Origin: Candidatus Woesebacteria bacterium GW2011_GWB1_39_12
Lineage (GTDB): Bacteria > Patescibacteriota > Microgenomatia > UBA8517
Assembly (NCBI GenBank): GCA_000993405.1
Contig: LBWB01000009.1
Coordinates: forward strand, 13,848 to 77,847
Direction of reading: 5' to 3'
Length of the DNA: 64,000 nt
Shown here: in pieces, positions 39,892 through 48,796 of the stretch
Layout: each line of letters starts with the position of its first letter
Position numbering within the stretch: position 1 is the first letter of the stretch
Program-made: the position numbers and the translations under genes
The notes under the pieces: model-generated
Databases searched by the model: none
What the model saw: only the letters and a program-made list of their open reading frames with translations
What the model was told of the DNA's origin: nothing

Positions 39892-40614
39892 CTATTGTTT
39901 AACTCCAATTAATAATCCTCTTTCCTTCATAAGTCCATTTTTAAAATATTTTGAATCTAATCCCTCTTGCTTCATCAACTCTAAAGTTCTATCTATTTCA
40001 AACATCCCAAGTTCGTGTCTGTCAGAAAAATGGATAACACCTTTACCTTTCTCTGCAACCAAATAATGCATATCCATCACTGATAAGTTTCCATCAGCAG
40101 AAGACACATTTAATCTTGCTATTTTGATATCGGGAGCGTCATAAGTTGTCATATGAGGTGCACCAACTTTATAGGTCTTTTTTGTAAACCAGGGTTCAAT
40201 TATAACTACACCGCCCCTTCTTAAATGCCTAGCAAAGTTTTTTAACGTCCTTTGTAAATTTTCATAAGTTTTAACATATCCTATTGAACTAAATAAACAA
40301 GTAATTATGTCAAACTGTTTACCTAATTCCATATTAATCATGTCTGCTTGCCTAAAATCGATATTTTTTAGCCGCTGTCTTGCCATTTTTAACATACCGT
40401 CATTTATATCTACTCCTACACATTTAAATTCTTTCTTTAAATGTTCTAGATGTTTACCAGTTCCACAAGCAACTTCTAATAGCTCGTTTCTACTGGATTT
40501 CTTAAACCGTCCGATTAGCTTTTTAACTTTTAAAGCCTCTTCCCGATAATCTTTAAAAGAATATATAAGGTCGTAGTATTTGGCTGAATTTTTATATAAG
40601 AGTTGTTTTTTCAT
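39892..40614 (-). CDS. class I SAM-dependent methyltransferase
   Basis: LLEVACGTG, GVDI, FDIITCLFSSIGY. Confidence 0.93.
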   Translation of the reverse strand: MKKQLLYKNSAKYYDLIYSFKDYREEALKVKKLIGRFKKSSRNELLEVACGTGKHLEHLKKEFKCVGVDINDGMLKMARQRLKNIDFRQADMINMELGKQFDIITCLFSSIGYVKTYENLQRTLKNFARHLRRGGVVIIEPWFTKKTYKVGAPHMTTYDAPDIKIARLNVSSADGNLSVMDMHYLVAEKGKGVIHFSDRHELGMFEIDRTLELMKQEGLDSKYFKNGLMKERGLLIGVKQ

Positions 40615-40684
40615 TAACTGAAGTATATCAAATTTACAGAATTATCAAGAAGCCGTGGAGGAAATGGGTTATCAACTTCAATTA

Positions 40685-41506
40685 TTAACCCAGAGCAACG
40701 TCTAAAATCATCATTATTGTAAAACCCAGCATTGCGCCGATTGTGGCAACGTCGGTTGAATTTTTCTGTGATTCGGGAATGATTTCTTCAACCGATACAT
40801 AAATCATTGCTCCTGCTGCAAATGCAAGCGCATAAGGCAAAAGCGGGCGCATAGCCAAAATACCGACTACTCCGATAACCGCAGCAATAGGCTCAACAAT
40901 CGCCGATCCCTGACCAAAGAGAAAACTCTTTAATTTCCCTACACCCACACGCCTGAAGGGCATTGAAACCGCAAAGCCTTCTGGAAAATTCTGGATTCCG
41001 ATGCCTATGGCCAGAGCAATTGCACTAGCAATAGTTGCTCCGGGAATACCGGCCGCCGCTGCGCCAAATGCAACCCCCACCGCTAGCCCTTCGGGAAAAT
41101 TATGAAATGTTATTGCCAGAAACAGAAGAACGGTAGTATGCCAGCCTGTGGGTAAACCCTCAGGACGCGATCGCGATTTAACAATATTCAGGTGCGGCAG
41201 AATTTTATCCACAATCCATAAAAAAGCCCCTCCTGTTAGAAAACCTATTGCAGGAGGCACCCATTTTATTACACCCAATTGCCCACTGAGAACTATGGAC
41301 GGAGCCAGGAGAGACCAAAAACTGGCAGCGATCATAACGCCGGCCGCAAACCCAAGCATCGCGTCAAGCAACTTTTGTGTAACAGTGCGAAAGACAAATA
41401 CCCCTCCCGCACCGAGTGCCGTCATTCCCCAAGCAAAGAGACCTGCAATAAGTGCAGCAAATATTGGATGGTTGACTAGTACTGTTTGATCCATTAAATT
41501 GAACAT
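40685..41506 (-). CDS. ZIP family metal transporter (GufA/ZupT-like)
   Basis: HNFPEGLAVG, QNFPEG, AAGAMIYV. Confidence 0.95.
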   Translation of the reverse strand: MFNLMDQTVLVNHPIFAALIAGLFAWGMTALGAGGVFVFRTVTQKLLDAMLGFAAGVMIAASFWSLLAPSIVLSGQLGVIKWVPPAIGFLTGGAFLWIVDKILPHLNIVKSRSRPEGLPTGWHTTVLLFLAITFHNFPEGLAVGVAFGAAAAGIPGATIASAIALAIGIGIQNFPEGFAVSMPFRRVGVGKLKSFLFGQGSAIVEPIAAVIGVVGILAMRPLLPYALAFAAGAMIYVSVEEIIPESQKNSTDVATIGAMLGFTIMMILDVALG

Positions 41507-41624
41507 ATTTTACTCTAAGAACTTATATTTACTATACTAGTTCCAAATGAAGATATCACAGGTTAAAACCCATGATATCTTCTCGCTAAATATTGATTTT
41601 TGCTTCATCCCCTAGTTGTGGTAT

Positions 41625-42317
41625 TTAATATTCTTCTACTACTCTGGGTCTATCTATATACAGGAGGGTTTTACTATTTACGATTTCAATAACCTCGTCC
41701 ACTGTTGCAAAAACATTTTTTAATTTTCTATATTCTTTCTCACTCATCCAAATGTTTCTACCTTCAGGAACAAGCTTCTTTAATTTTCCTTTAACATTAT
41801 CCACCCTATAAACCCAGAAGTATTTATCCTCCAAAAGTCTACCGTCTTTATGGAAATGGTGGTAATGGATAATTCCTTTCAATTCGAATTTTCCTGTCAA
41901 ACCGGTTTCTTCAAGAAACTCTCTCTTGGCACAATCTTGTGGATTTTCTCCCCATCTTATTTTTCCGCTATGGCTGCCGTACCAGCCGTAAAAAGGTTCT
42001 TTCAATCTTTGGTGCACAAGATACTCTGTAATTCCTTTATGTTCTCTTACTGCATGAAGAGCAACGGCCAGTTTTGCTTGCCTTTCGAGTTTCAAAGCAT
42101 CGGTGTCCATTCTATTAGCAAACTCCTTGCCGTCATCCGTAAGAGAATACCTTCCGTTTGTTTTTACCACTAAACCTTCTTTTAATAAGTGTTTAAGGTG
42201 GAAAGTAAAATGGTCGTTTGTTATGTCAACCTTTTTGAGGTCTCTAAATCTTGCGTTGGGTTTAAAAAGAAGTTCCCGTAAAATTGAAATTTGAAATTCG
42301 TGAATTTTGATTTCCAT
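41625..42317 (-). CDS. winged-HTH plus NUDIX hydrolase
   Basis: N-terminal HTH (FTFHLKHL); GKIRWGE...AKREFLEETG. Confidence 0.85.
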   Translation of the reverse strand: MEIKIHEFQISILRELLFKPNARFRDLKKVDITNDHFTFHLKHLLKEGLVVKTNGRYSLTDDGKEFANRMDTDALKLERQAKLAVALHAVREHKGITEYLVHQRLKEPFYGWYGSHSGKIRWGENPQDCAKREFLEETGLTGKFELKGIIHYHHFHKDGRLLEDKYFWVYRVDNVKGKLKKLVPEGRNIWMSEKEYRKLKNVFATVDEVIEIVNSKTLLYIDRPRVVEEY

Positions 42318-42419
42318 GTTTACCGCTATTATTTACCACAAAATTCCAGAAGTCTAGTATAGTCAACTTAACCAAATGGATATTATCTAGTTTTCTAAGG
42401 CTGGAGGGGAAATGAAGTA

Positions 42420-42680
42420 TTATGCAGTAGGGTGAATTTGAACTTTCTTCTCAACCTTTTCCATTCTTGGTTCAAGGTCATCATAAACCTTACTCGTCAA
42501 TACAATCTGTTCTTCTCTCATCGTTTTCAGCTCGGTCATTATCTCATCCATTTTGCTAAAGAAGTCTTCCTTAGACGGAAAATGCTTTAGTTTTTCATTA
42601 AGTTTCTCTTCCAATTCTTCATCAATAGTAATTTTCATCAAATCTTTAATTGCGTTTAAATCCTTATCTGTAAGTGCCAT
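42420..42680 (-). CDS. small coiled-coil hypothetical protein
   Basis: TTGACA/TATACT promoter; LPSK-like FPSKEDFF motif. Confidence 0.7.
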   Translation of the reverse strand: MALTDKDLNAIKDLMKITIDEELEEKLNEKLKHFPSKEDFFSKMDEIMTELKTMREEQIVLTSKVYDDLEPRMEKVEKKVQIHPTA

Positions 42681-42750
42681 ATTGCTATTTAAGTATATAA
42701 AAGAAAATCTGTCAATCATTTAAAATCACATCTCTGGAGGAAATGGGTTC

Positions 42751-43275
42751 TTATCCATTCTTGTCTACTCTCTGATTGAGAGATTTTACCAGTTGTGAGT
42801 TTTTCCATTGGATGTTTGTGTACAAAATACCTGGTTTGTCGTTAAGTACGTGGTCAAAATAATATTTCGCTGGCGGAAAAACGTTATCCATAACAAGTAG
42901 TTCTTCAAGTGGTATCCATTTGGCATTTCCTTCCAGATCTTCTTTTTTTTCCTTTTGGTTTTTCTTGATGGTTGCCAGAAAGACAAAAGATACCCAGACT
43001 TCTTTCCTATCCATGTGGTGATGAAGAGCTATACCCTTCAATTTTATGTCGTCTAAATCAACTTTAACTCCAGCCTCTTCGTCTATTTCTCTTACAGCTG
43101 CCAAAAGAGCATCTTCATCATGATCGATATGGCCACCCGGTCCAATCCAAAAACCCGGAAATTTACTGGCAGTGTCGCTTCTTTTGAACATCAATACTTT
43201 GCCATCTTTGATTACATAGCACTCCGACGCAAGCATTATCTGGCCTAGCTCGTCTAAATGCTTTGATTCATTCAT
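42751..43275 (-). CDS. NUDIX hydrolase (MutT-like)
   Basis: GPGGHIDHDE...AVREIDEEAG. Confidence 0.9.
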   Translation of the reverse strand: MNESKHLDELGQIMLASECYVIKDGKVLMFKRSDTASKFPGFWIGPGGHIDHDEDALLAAVREIDEEAGVKVDLDDIKLKGIALHHHMDRKEVWVSFVFLATIKKNQKEKKEDLEGNAKWIPLEELLVMDNVFPPAKYYFDHVLNDKPGILYTNIQWKNSQLVKSLNQRVDKNG

Positions 43276-43339
43276 ACAGAATTAATTATATAATACTTTA
43301 GGCAATATAATGCGAAAATGCTGCGGGGGAAATGGGTTC

Positions 43340-44221
43340 TTAAGTTCTTCTATATAAAACAGCATTTATATTTGGAAGTATTGCGGCTGAAATTATTAAT
43401 AAACCACCAAGATATGTCGCAGGTTGAGGATACTCCTTGAAAACAAAATAGGAAAATAGTGTTGCGAATATAATCTCGACCGGTAGAATAATGCTTCCTA
43501 CCTGGGCTTCGATATTTTTAAACCCGTAAACTATCAGGCCGACATTTACTGTTTGGACAAGTGCATAGACAAATATCCAAAACCATTTAACTGAAGAGGA
43601 TTCCATTGGCAGTTTTTCTTTAAAAAGCATGGATCCAATAAGTGCAGCAATTACCCCCCCCGCCGCATCCATCATAACTATTTGGTTATTAGAATAATGA
43701 TCAGAGAACTTCTTCGAAATCGTATTCCAAACACCTGTCATAAATCCGGATGTAAAAGCCAGAATAACATAAATGACTTCGTTTGAGCTAATACTAAATC
43801 TGTAAATTATTACAAGTCCCAGAAAGCAAAGCACCAAAGACGCAGTTTTTGAAATATTTAACTTCTCTTTAAAAAATATCTTCCCGGAAATGAATCCTGC
43901 AGCAATCATCGACGAATAAATTATCAAATATGTCGTTCCGATTTGGAGATTGTTAAATGCAATAAATGTTAAAACCGTCACCCAAGATCCGGATAAAAGC
44001 CATAAAATAATCCATTTCAGATCTTCCTTTCGAATTGCCAGAAGCTTGGTCTTTCTTATGACTATCACGCCAGCAATTAATGCGAGAACAATCAGGTTTC
44101 TTACCCAGTTTTGACTAAAACTTCCAAAAGAAGTTCCAATTAATCTTGAAAATATCCCATAAAGTCCATAAAATCCCGCAGCAGTAAAAAGTGAAATTGC
44201 ACCAAACTTCTGATTCTTCAT
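43340..44221 (-). CDS. DMT/EamA family transporter
   Basis: About 10 TMs, two EamA repeats. Confidence 0.85.
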   Translation of the reverse strand: MKNQKFGAISLFTAAGFYGLYGIFSRLIGTSFGSFSQNWVRNLIVLALIAGVIVIRKTKLLAIRKEDLKWIILWLLSGSWVTVLTFIAFNNLQIGTTYLIIYSSMIAAGFISGKIFFKEKLNISKTASLVLCFLGLVIIYRFSISSNEVIYVILAFTSGFMTGVWNTISKKFSDHYSNNQIVMMDAAGGVIAALIGSMLFKEKLPMESSSVKWFWIFVYALVQTVNVGLIVYGFKNIEAQVGSIILPVEIIFATLFSYFVFKEYPQPATYLGGLLIISAAILPNINAVLYRRT

Positions 44222-44242
44222 TACAAATTAAATTTTATCACG

Positions 44243-44288
44243 ATCCTGAGTGAAATCGAAGGATTATAATCCTGAGTTCATCGAAGGA
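44243..44288. repeat. tandem REP doublet (second copy at 46014-46059)
   Basis: tcctgagtgaaatcgaagga ttataa tcctgagttcatcgaagga. Confidence 0.75.
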
Positions 44289-44312
44289 CTCCGGAGTTAA
44301 TTTGAAGACAAA

Positions 44313-44819
44313 TTATTTATTGATTTTATACCTGTTAAATGCCTCCACAAATCCCGGTGGAAAATCTTTTGGGTTATCTTCCATCATTTTTTCCACAGTA
44401 GCCAAACTAAACCATCGCCCGCCACTCAGCTCATTCTGGTCCAACATTATCGCTCCGTCAAAAATAGTTGTGTAAAGAGTACTAAATTCTTTTAGTAACT
44501 GTCCCTTAAAATCTTGCTCTTTGTAAAATTTTGTAATCCTATCCAGTGTCGAGGTGCTAATCCCCAATTCTTCTCTCAACTCACGCATTGCAGCTTCATC
44601 GTAAGTTTCACCCTCATCAACATGTCCGCCCGCTGATTGATCCCATGTGTCAGGGTAAGTTGTCATACTAGCACTCCTCCTTTGAAGGTACATCTCACCC
44701 TTACTGTTAAATACAAATATTCTAACAATTCTTCTTATTAAACCATTTTTAAATGCAGTCTCTTTATCCTCCGAGCCAACGACATTATCATTCTTATCAA
44801 CAATTACCACTTTCGACAT
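44313..44819 (-). CDS. NUDIX hydrolase (Idi/YfcD-like)
   Basis: VFNSKGEMYLQRRS, SAGGHVDEGE...AMRELREELG. Confidence 0.9.
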   Translation of the reverse strand: MSKVVIVDKNDNVVGSEDKETAFKNGLIRRIVRIFVFNSKGEMYLQRRSASMTTYPDTWDQSAGGHVDEGETYDEAAMRELREELGISTSTLDRITKFYKEQDFKGQLLKEFSTLYTTIFDGAIMLDQNELSGGRWFSLATVEKMMEDNPKDFPPGFVEAFNRYKINK

Positions 44820-44880
44820 AATGAAATTATATCATTTTCTTCTGGAGTCAATTTGAAGACAAATATTCTTTCCTGAAATT

Positions 44881-45258
44881 TTAACTAACTATCCTAAAAC
44901 CTGTTTCCTTGACTACAGTTAGTTTATTGTTTAAGTTTATTGAGGGTTTTGGATTCTCAATAAACCTTCTGAGAATTTCATTGACGTTCTCGGGTGTTTG
45001 ATTTTTTGTTCGTACATGTATTATTCCAATCTTGCCCTTCTCACGGAAATACCATAGATCCGCAAAATCACGGTCAAAGGTAATAATAATTCTTGCTTCC
45101 CTTTTAGCTTTCTTCACTACCTCTTCATCAGACAAATAATGAAGCTTTTGCTCAAGAATTGAGGTAGCATCAAAATTAAGATTTCTCAAAAATTCTGCAG
45201 TAAGTGGAGAAAGATTTGCATCCAAAAGAAATTTAGGCAAAGTTGTAGTTTTCCTCAC
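44881..45258 (-). CDS. DUF5615 PIN-like toxin
   Basis: FLLDANL, SDEEV, RIIITFDRDF. Confidence 0.88.
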   Translation of the reverse strand: MRKTTTLPKFLLDANLSPLTAEFLRNLNFDATSILEQKLHYLSDEEVVKKAKREARIIITFDRDFADLWYFREKGKIGIIHVRTKNQTPENVNEILRRFIENPKPSINLNNKLTVVKETGFRIVS

Positions 45259-45460
45259 GATTTAACTTCTCTGCTGCAAATGCGAGCGCTGCCTCAATTT
45301 GCTTTCTGGTAATAGGTGGGTAAGCTTTCGCTATTTTTTCAAAAGTGTATCCATTTGCAAGAAGGTTAAGGATAGTTCCCACAGGAATCCTAGTGCCTTT
45401 TATGACGGGCTTACCAACCATCACCTTCGGATTGATTTCAATATACTTATCGTATTTCAT
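45233..45460 (-). CDS. DUF433 family antitoxin
   Basis: NPKVMVGKPVIKGTRIPV. Confidence 0.92.
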   Translation of the reverse strand: MKYDKYIEINPKVMVGKPVIKGTRIPVGTILNLLANGYTFEKIAKAYPPITRKQIEAALAFAAEKLNREENYNFA

Positions 45461-45540
45461 ACCCGTTATTGTAGCACTTCAATCAAGACGTAGTAAGTGC
45501 AGAACTTCCACAAAACCTCCGGAGCTAATTTGAAGACAAA

Positions 45541-45996
45541 TTATAAATTTTCCTTTAATTCTTTAATGATCTTTATTAGAACGTCTTCGGGTTGTAAAAA
45601 GATTCTATCTTGCCCTCGAGCATAATGTGAGCCAAATTCAGGATCTTTAAAGGTAAGTCCTGCAAACTTCACGTCTCTTTCATATCTTGGCCTTACATGC
45701 CAATGAATATGCGGATTAGCCGTTTTTTCTTTAAAAGCATTATTCATTAAACAGGACCAATTGATGAGTTTCGCATCAAAAGTTCTTTTAAAACAACTTT
45801 CAAGTTTTCTTACTAATTCAGAAAAATCTAACCATTCGTCTTTTGTTAATTCAGAAAGACTTCCGCAATGCCTTTTTAAAGAAACAAAAGAACGTCCTAA
45901 ATATTCCTGATTTTCATTGATATCAACTTTCCAAAATTTAGTTTGAGTAATCGTTCTACCGAAATTATTCAGAAAAGGGCAAACATCGCAGTTCAT
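45541..45996 (-). CDS. HIT family hydrolase
   Basis: CPF, HIHWHVRPRY. Confidence 0.88.
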   Translation of the reverse strand: MNCDVCPFLNNFGRTITQTKFWKVDINENQEYLGRSFVSLKRHCGSLSELTKDEWLDFSELVRKLESCFKRTFDAKLINWSCLMNNAFKEKTANPHIHWHVRPRYERDVKFAGLTFKDPEFGSHYARGQDRIFLQPEDVLIKIIKELKENL

Positions 45997-46113
45997 GAGC
46001 CAATTTTACCATGATCCTGAGTCAAATCGAAGGATTATAATCCTGAGTTTACCGAAGGACTCCGGAGCTAATTTGAAGACAAATGATTATTTCAGATACG
46101 ATACAATGGTTGG

Positions 46114-46971
46114 ATGGATATTCAAAAAAAGGATGTTTTCATACGATTGTTATCTCTTTCTGTTCTTTTTCTTATTTTCGTCGCCTCCTTATCAAATGTT
46201 CAAAGACCTCAGAAAGTTAATCCTGCGCGGGGATTCAACCCGACATACACGCCCACTCCTATCCCTTTTAATCCTTTTCCTTACAAAATTCCAACCATTC
46301 CTTATTCCCGTGCGTATCGAACGATGCTCGTCGGAGATTCAATAGTCGGCTCTCTCGGGCCAAACGCAGACCGCCTGCGCCAACACCTGATAGTTTTTTA
46401 CCCGAGTCATGAATTTGTTAACTATAATTACGGTTTCGGCGCAACCAGTATAGAAACGTTACCAGAGAGACTCGCTGAAAATACTGTTTATAGAGGTCAA
46501 AGTTATCAGCCGATTTTATCCCAGGGCTTTGATCTTATCATTGTAGAATCATTTGGCTACAATCCCCTCTCGCAGTTAAATGAAGGGGAAGGCCTTGCAA
46601 AACACATGCAAATTTTGGACGAAAACATAAAGAAAATTATCATAGAAAAACCCCACTCAGTAGTTGCAATAATGACCCCAATTGCTCCGAATAAAAGTTA
46701 TTTTGCGAAGGGCGTCTATGACCTTTCCTCAGAGGAAAGAATTAAGTGGGCAAATGAGCGGATTTCATATATCGAAGCCGTAATTGTCTATGCGAAGGAT
46801 AACGAAATTCCTCTCATTAATGTTTATGAGAAATCTTTGACCGCCCAAGACGACGGCAATCTAGCCTACATCAATCCGGATGATTATGTTCACCCCTCAG
46901 CCGAGGGTATTGAACTTATTAGTAGAACTATTGCGGAATTCATCTTTAGCGCTAAAATCTTCCCGGAGTAG
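46114..46971 (+). CDS. SGNH/GDSL hydrolase, membrane anchored
   Basis: VGDS, FGA, GYN, DYVHP blocks. Confidence 0.85.
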   Translation: MDIQKKDVFIRLLSLSVLFLIFVASLSNVQRPQKVNPARGFNPTYTPTPIPFNPFPYKIPTIPYSRAYRTMLVGDSIVGSLGPNADRLRQHLIVFYPSHEFVNYNYGFGATSIETLPERLAENTVYRGQSYQPILSQGFDLIIVESFGYNPLSQLNEGEGLAKHMQILDENIKKIIIEKPHSVVAIMTPIAPNKSYFAKGVYDLSSEERIKWANERISYIEAVIVYAKDNEIPLINVYEKSLTAQDDGNLAYINPDDYVHPSAEGIELISRTIAEFIFSAKIFPE

Positions 46972-46975
46972 ACAA

Positions 46976-47539
46976 TTACTTAAACATAACCACCCATTTA
47001 TAATCTGGAAGAATCAGAAGCGGAAGTTTTTCCTTGTAAGAAGCTAGTTTTTTGATTATCTTTATATCCCCTTGCTTATAATGACAATACGACTTTATAT
47101 CTAGAATTCCCAAACCTCTCTCAATTTTCTGAACTTCGTTTCCGTAATAATACTTAGCCAGACAATTTACTCCAGCAGACGAACCTCCAACAACCTTACC
47201 CTCAAGTAACTTACCAAGATTTTTTGTTACCGCAAGTTTCTTGATCAACTTATCTGTTGCAAAACCACCCGCAAGATAGATAAGATCAGCCCATTTCACC
47301 TGCTCAGGGAAGTTATTAACTTCTGCTAATTTAAACTCGACATTTTTACCCTTAGCAAAATACCTGAATGTCTCGCTGTGCCGTTTAAATTTATCTTCAA
47401 CTTTATTCTCGTCGCTTGCAAAATAAGTCATAAGAAGATTGAGGTTTTCTTTATTTCCGATAGTCATTTCTTTAAAGAAACCGTAGTTGTCTTGATTTTT
47501 GTCGCCAAGATTCCCGCCGTGCAAAACAAATTTAATCAT
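46976..47539 (-). CDS. peptidase S51 / type 1 glutamine amidotransferase-like protein
   Basis: ADLIYLAGG, GGSSAG, CHY. Confidence 0.8.
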   Translation of the reverse strand: MIKFVLHGGNLGDKNQDNYGFFKEMTIGNKENLNLLMTYFASDENKVEDKFKRHSETFRYFAKGKNVEFKLAEVNNFPEQVKWADLIYLAGGFATDKLIKKLAVTKNLGKLLEGKVVGGSSAGVNCLAKYYYGNEVQKIERGLGILDIKSYCHYKQGDIKIIKKLASYKEKLPLLILPDYKWVVMFK

Positions 47540-47602
47540 TAGCGAATTATATCAAATTTCTCGAAGCTAATTTGAAGACAAATCTTAATATGGAGATTGC
47601 AT

Positions 47603-47977
47603 TCATTGGGCTGGGCCGATGAGGGATTGGAGCTTGGCGACCAAACCCGTTATTGCAAAATCAGTTTTGACAATGTAGTCTTTAGCTCCCAAGCCCATTG
47701 CTTTCTCTATATCTTCTTTTTGACCTAAGTTAGAGGCAACAATAACAGGAATATTTTTCCACTCGTCATTTTTCTTCATCTCGGAAAGAACCGAGAAACC
47801 GTCCTTTTTTGGCATTACCAAGTCCAATATAATAAGATCGAATTTGCCCTTTTGAAGCGCCGCAAGTGTTTCCTCACCGTCTGCAACCAAAGTTACGTCG
47901 TATGAAGCTTTAGTAAGTTTTACTCTATAGGCATTTGCTAAAAATTTATCATCTTCGGCAACAAGTATTTTCTTCAT
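47603..47977 (-). CDS. single-domain response regulator
   Basis: AEDD, LDLVMP, SNL, YIVK. Confidence 0.93.
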   Translation of the reverse strand: MKKILVAEDDKFLANAYRVKLTKASYDVTLVADGEETLAALQKGKFDLIILDLVMPKKDGFSVLSEMKKNDEWKNIPVIVASNLGQKEDIEKAMGLGAKDYIVKTDFAITGLVAKLQSLIGPAQ

Positions 47978-48357
47978 GAATTCTTAAGTGTCTCGCGAAC
48001 CTTGGCAACAACTTCATCTAACTTCCAATCAGTCTTTACTAGATAGGAGTTGACTCCTTTATCTTTGCTTTCTTCAATGGTTGATGCATCGCTTAAGTTT
48101 GAAAGAATTATTACGGGAACATTTTTCCCCCACTCATCTTCCCGAAGTCTATCAAGAAGCGTAACCCCGTCCATAACCGGAAGAACGATGTCTAAAAGTA
48201 CCAGATTGGGATGTTTCTCTAAAGCTGCCGCCAAACCTTCTCCACCATCAAAAGCCTCCAAAACTTCAAACCCTCCTTTTTCCAGCTTTCTTTTTATCGC
48301 CTTAGAAAGAAGCCTCTCATCTTCTACTAATAATACGATTGTCTTTTTATCACTCAT
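47974..48357 (-). CDS. single-domain response regulator
   Basis: VEDE, LDIVLP, SNL, YLVK. Confidence 0.93.
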   Translation of the reverse strand: MSDKKTIVLLVEDERLLSKAIKRKLEKGGFEVLEAFDGGEGLAAALEKHPNLVLLDIVLPVMDGVTLLDRLREDEWGKNVPVIILSNLSDASTIEESKDKGVNSYLVKTDWKLDEVVAKVRETLKNS

Positions 48358-48389
48358 ACTACTTGCTCTTAGCCATTATAGTTTTACAC

Positions 48390-48776
48390 TCAGTTCTTTT
48401 CAACGGTTTCCCGAAGTATTTCTATAATGTCCTCAAGTCTATATTGCGCTTTTAATAAATACTGTTTTACTCCAAGTTCGAGCATCGAATTTTTCTTTTC
48501 GTCGCTGGCTGAATTACTGACTACAACAACAGGTATTTTTGCCCAGGCTTCTTTTTTCTTCAATTCCCGCATAAACTCCAATCCGTTCATGTCCTCAAGA
48601 TAGTAATCGAGCCAAATAACGTCCGGAAATTCTGTTATATTAGTTAAATAATCTATCGCTTGCTTGGCCGAAGTACACGTAATAGGTTCAAAACCCTTGC
48701 TTGTTAATTTTTTGGAAATAGCCTGAAGAAGCAGCTCTTCATCTTCAATTACCATCACTTTTATCGTTTTTTCCAT
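48390..48776 (-). CDS. single-domain response regulator
   Basis: IEDE, WLDYYL, SNS, YLLK. Confidence 0.9.
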   Translation of the reverse strand: MEKTIKVMVIEDEELLLQAISKKLTSKGFEPITCTSAKQAIDYLTNITEFPDVIWLDYYLEDMNGLEFMRELKKKEAWAKIPVVVVSNSASDEKKNSMLELGVKQYLLKAQYRLEDIIEILRETVEKN

Positions 48777-48796
48777 TTCTTTTATTATATATTATC

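Larger units (their letters stand above)
38965..43339 (+). repeat. junction motif A, GGAGGAAATGGGTT(C), six dispersed copies
   Basis: 38965-38978, 39876-39890, 40657-40670, 42405-42419 (degenerate), 42736-42750, 43325-43339. Confidence 0.8.
44293..47583 (+). repeat. junction motif B, GGAGYYAATTTGAAGACAAAT, five copies plus one deleted copy
   Basis: 44293-44313, 44844-44864, 45521-45541, 46064-46084, 47563-47583 share invariant AATTTGAAGACAAAT; 46963-46975 ccggagt-agacaa. Confidence 0.9.

Noticed and set aside
42735-42750. Motif A as a tRNA/tmRNA 3' end (GAA-CCCAT-TTCCTCC-A on the minus strand)
   Set aside because: The T-loop register is off by one, the copies vary in the would-be acceptor stem, and no parent tRNA is in the window. 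It cannot be fully excluded without the genome's tRNA set.
38965-47583. CRISPR array or classical integron as the explanation for motifs A/B
   Set aside because: The repeats are separated by whole genes rather than 30-40-nt spacers, and no cas genes are present. No paired RYYYAAC...GTTRRRY attC hairpins and no intI were seen.
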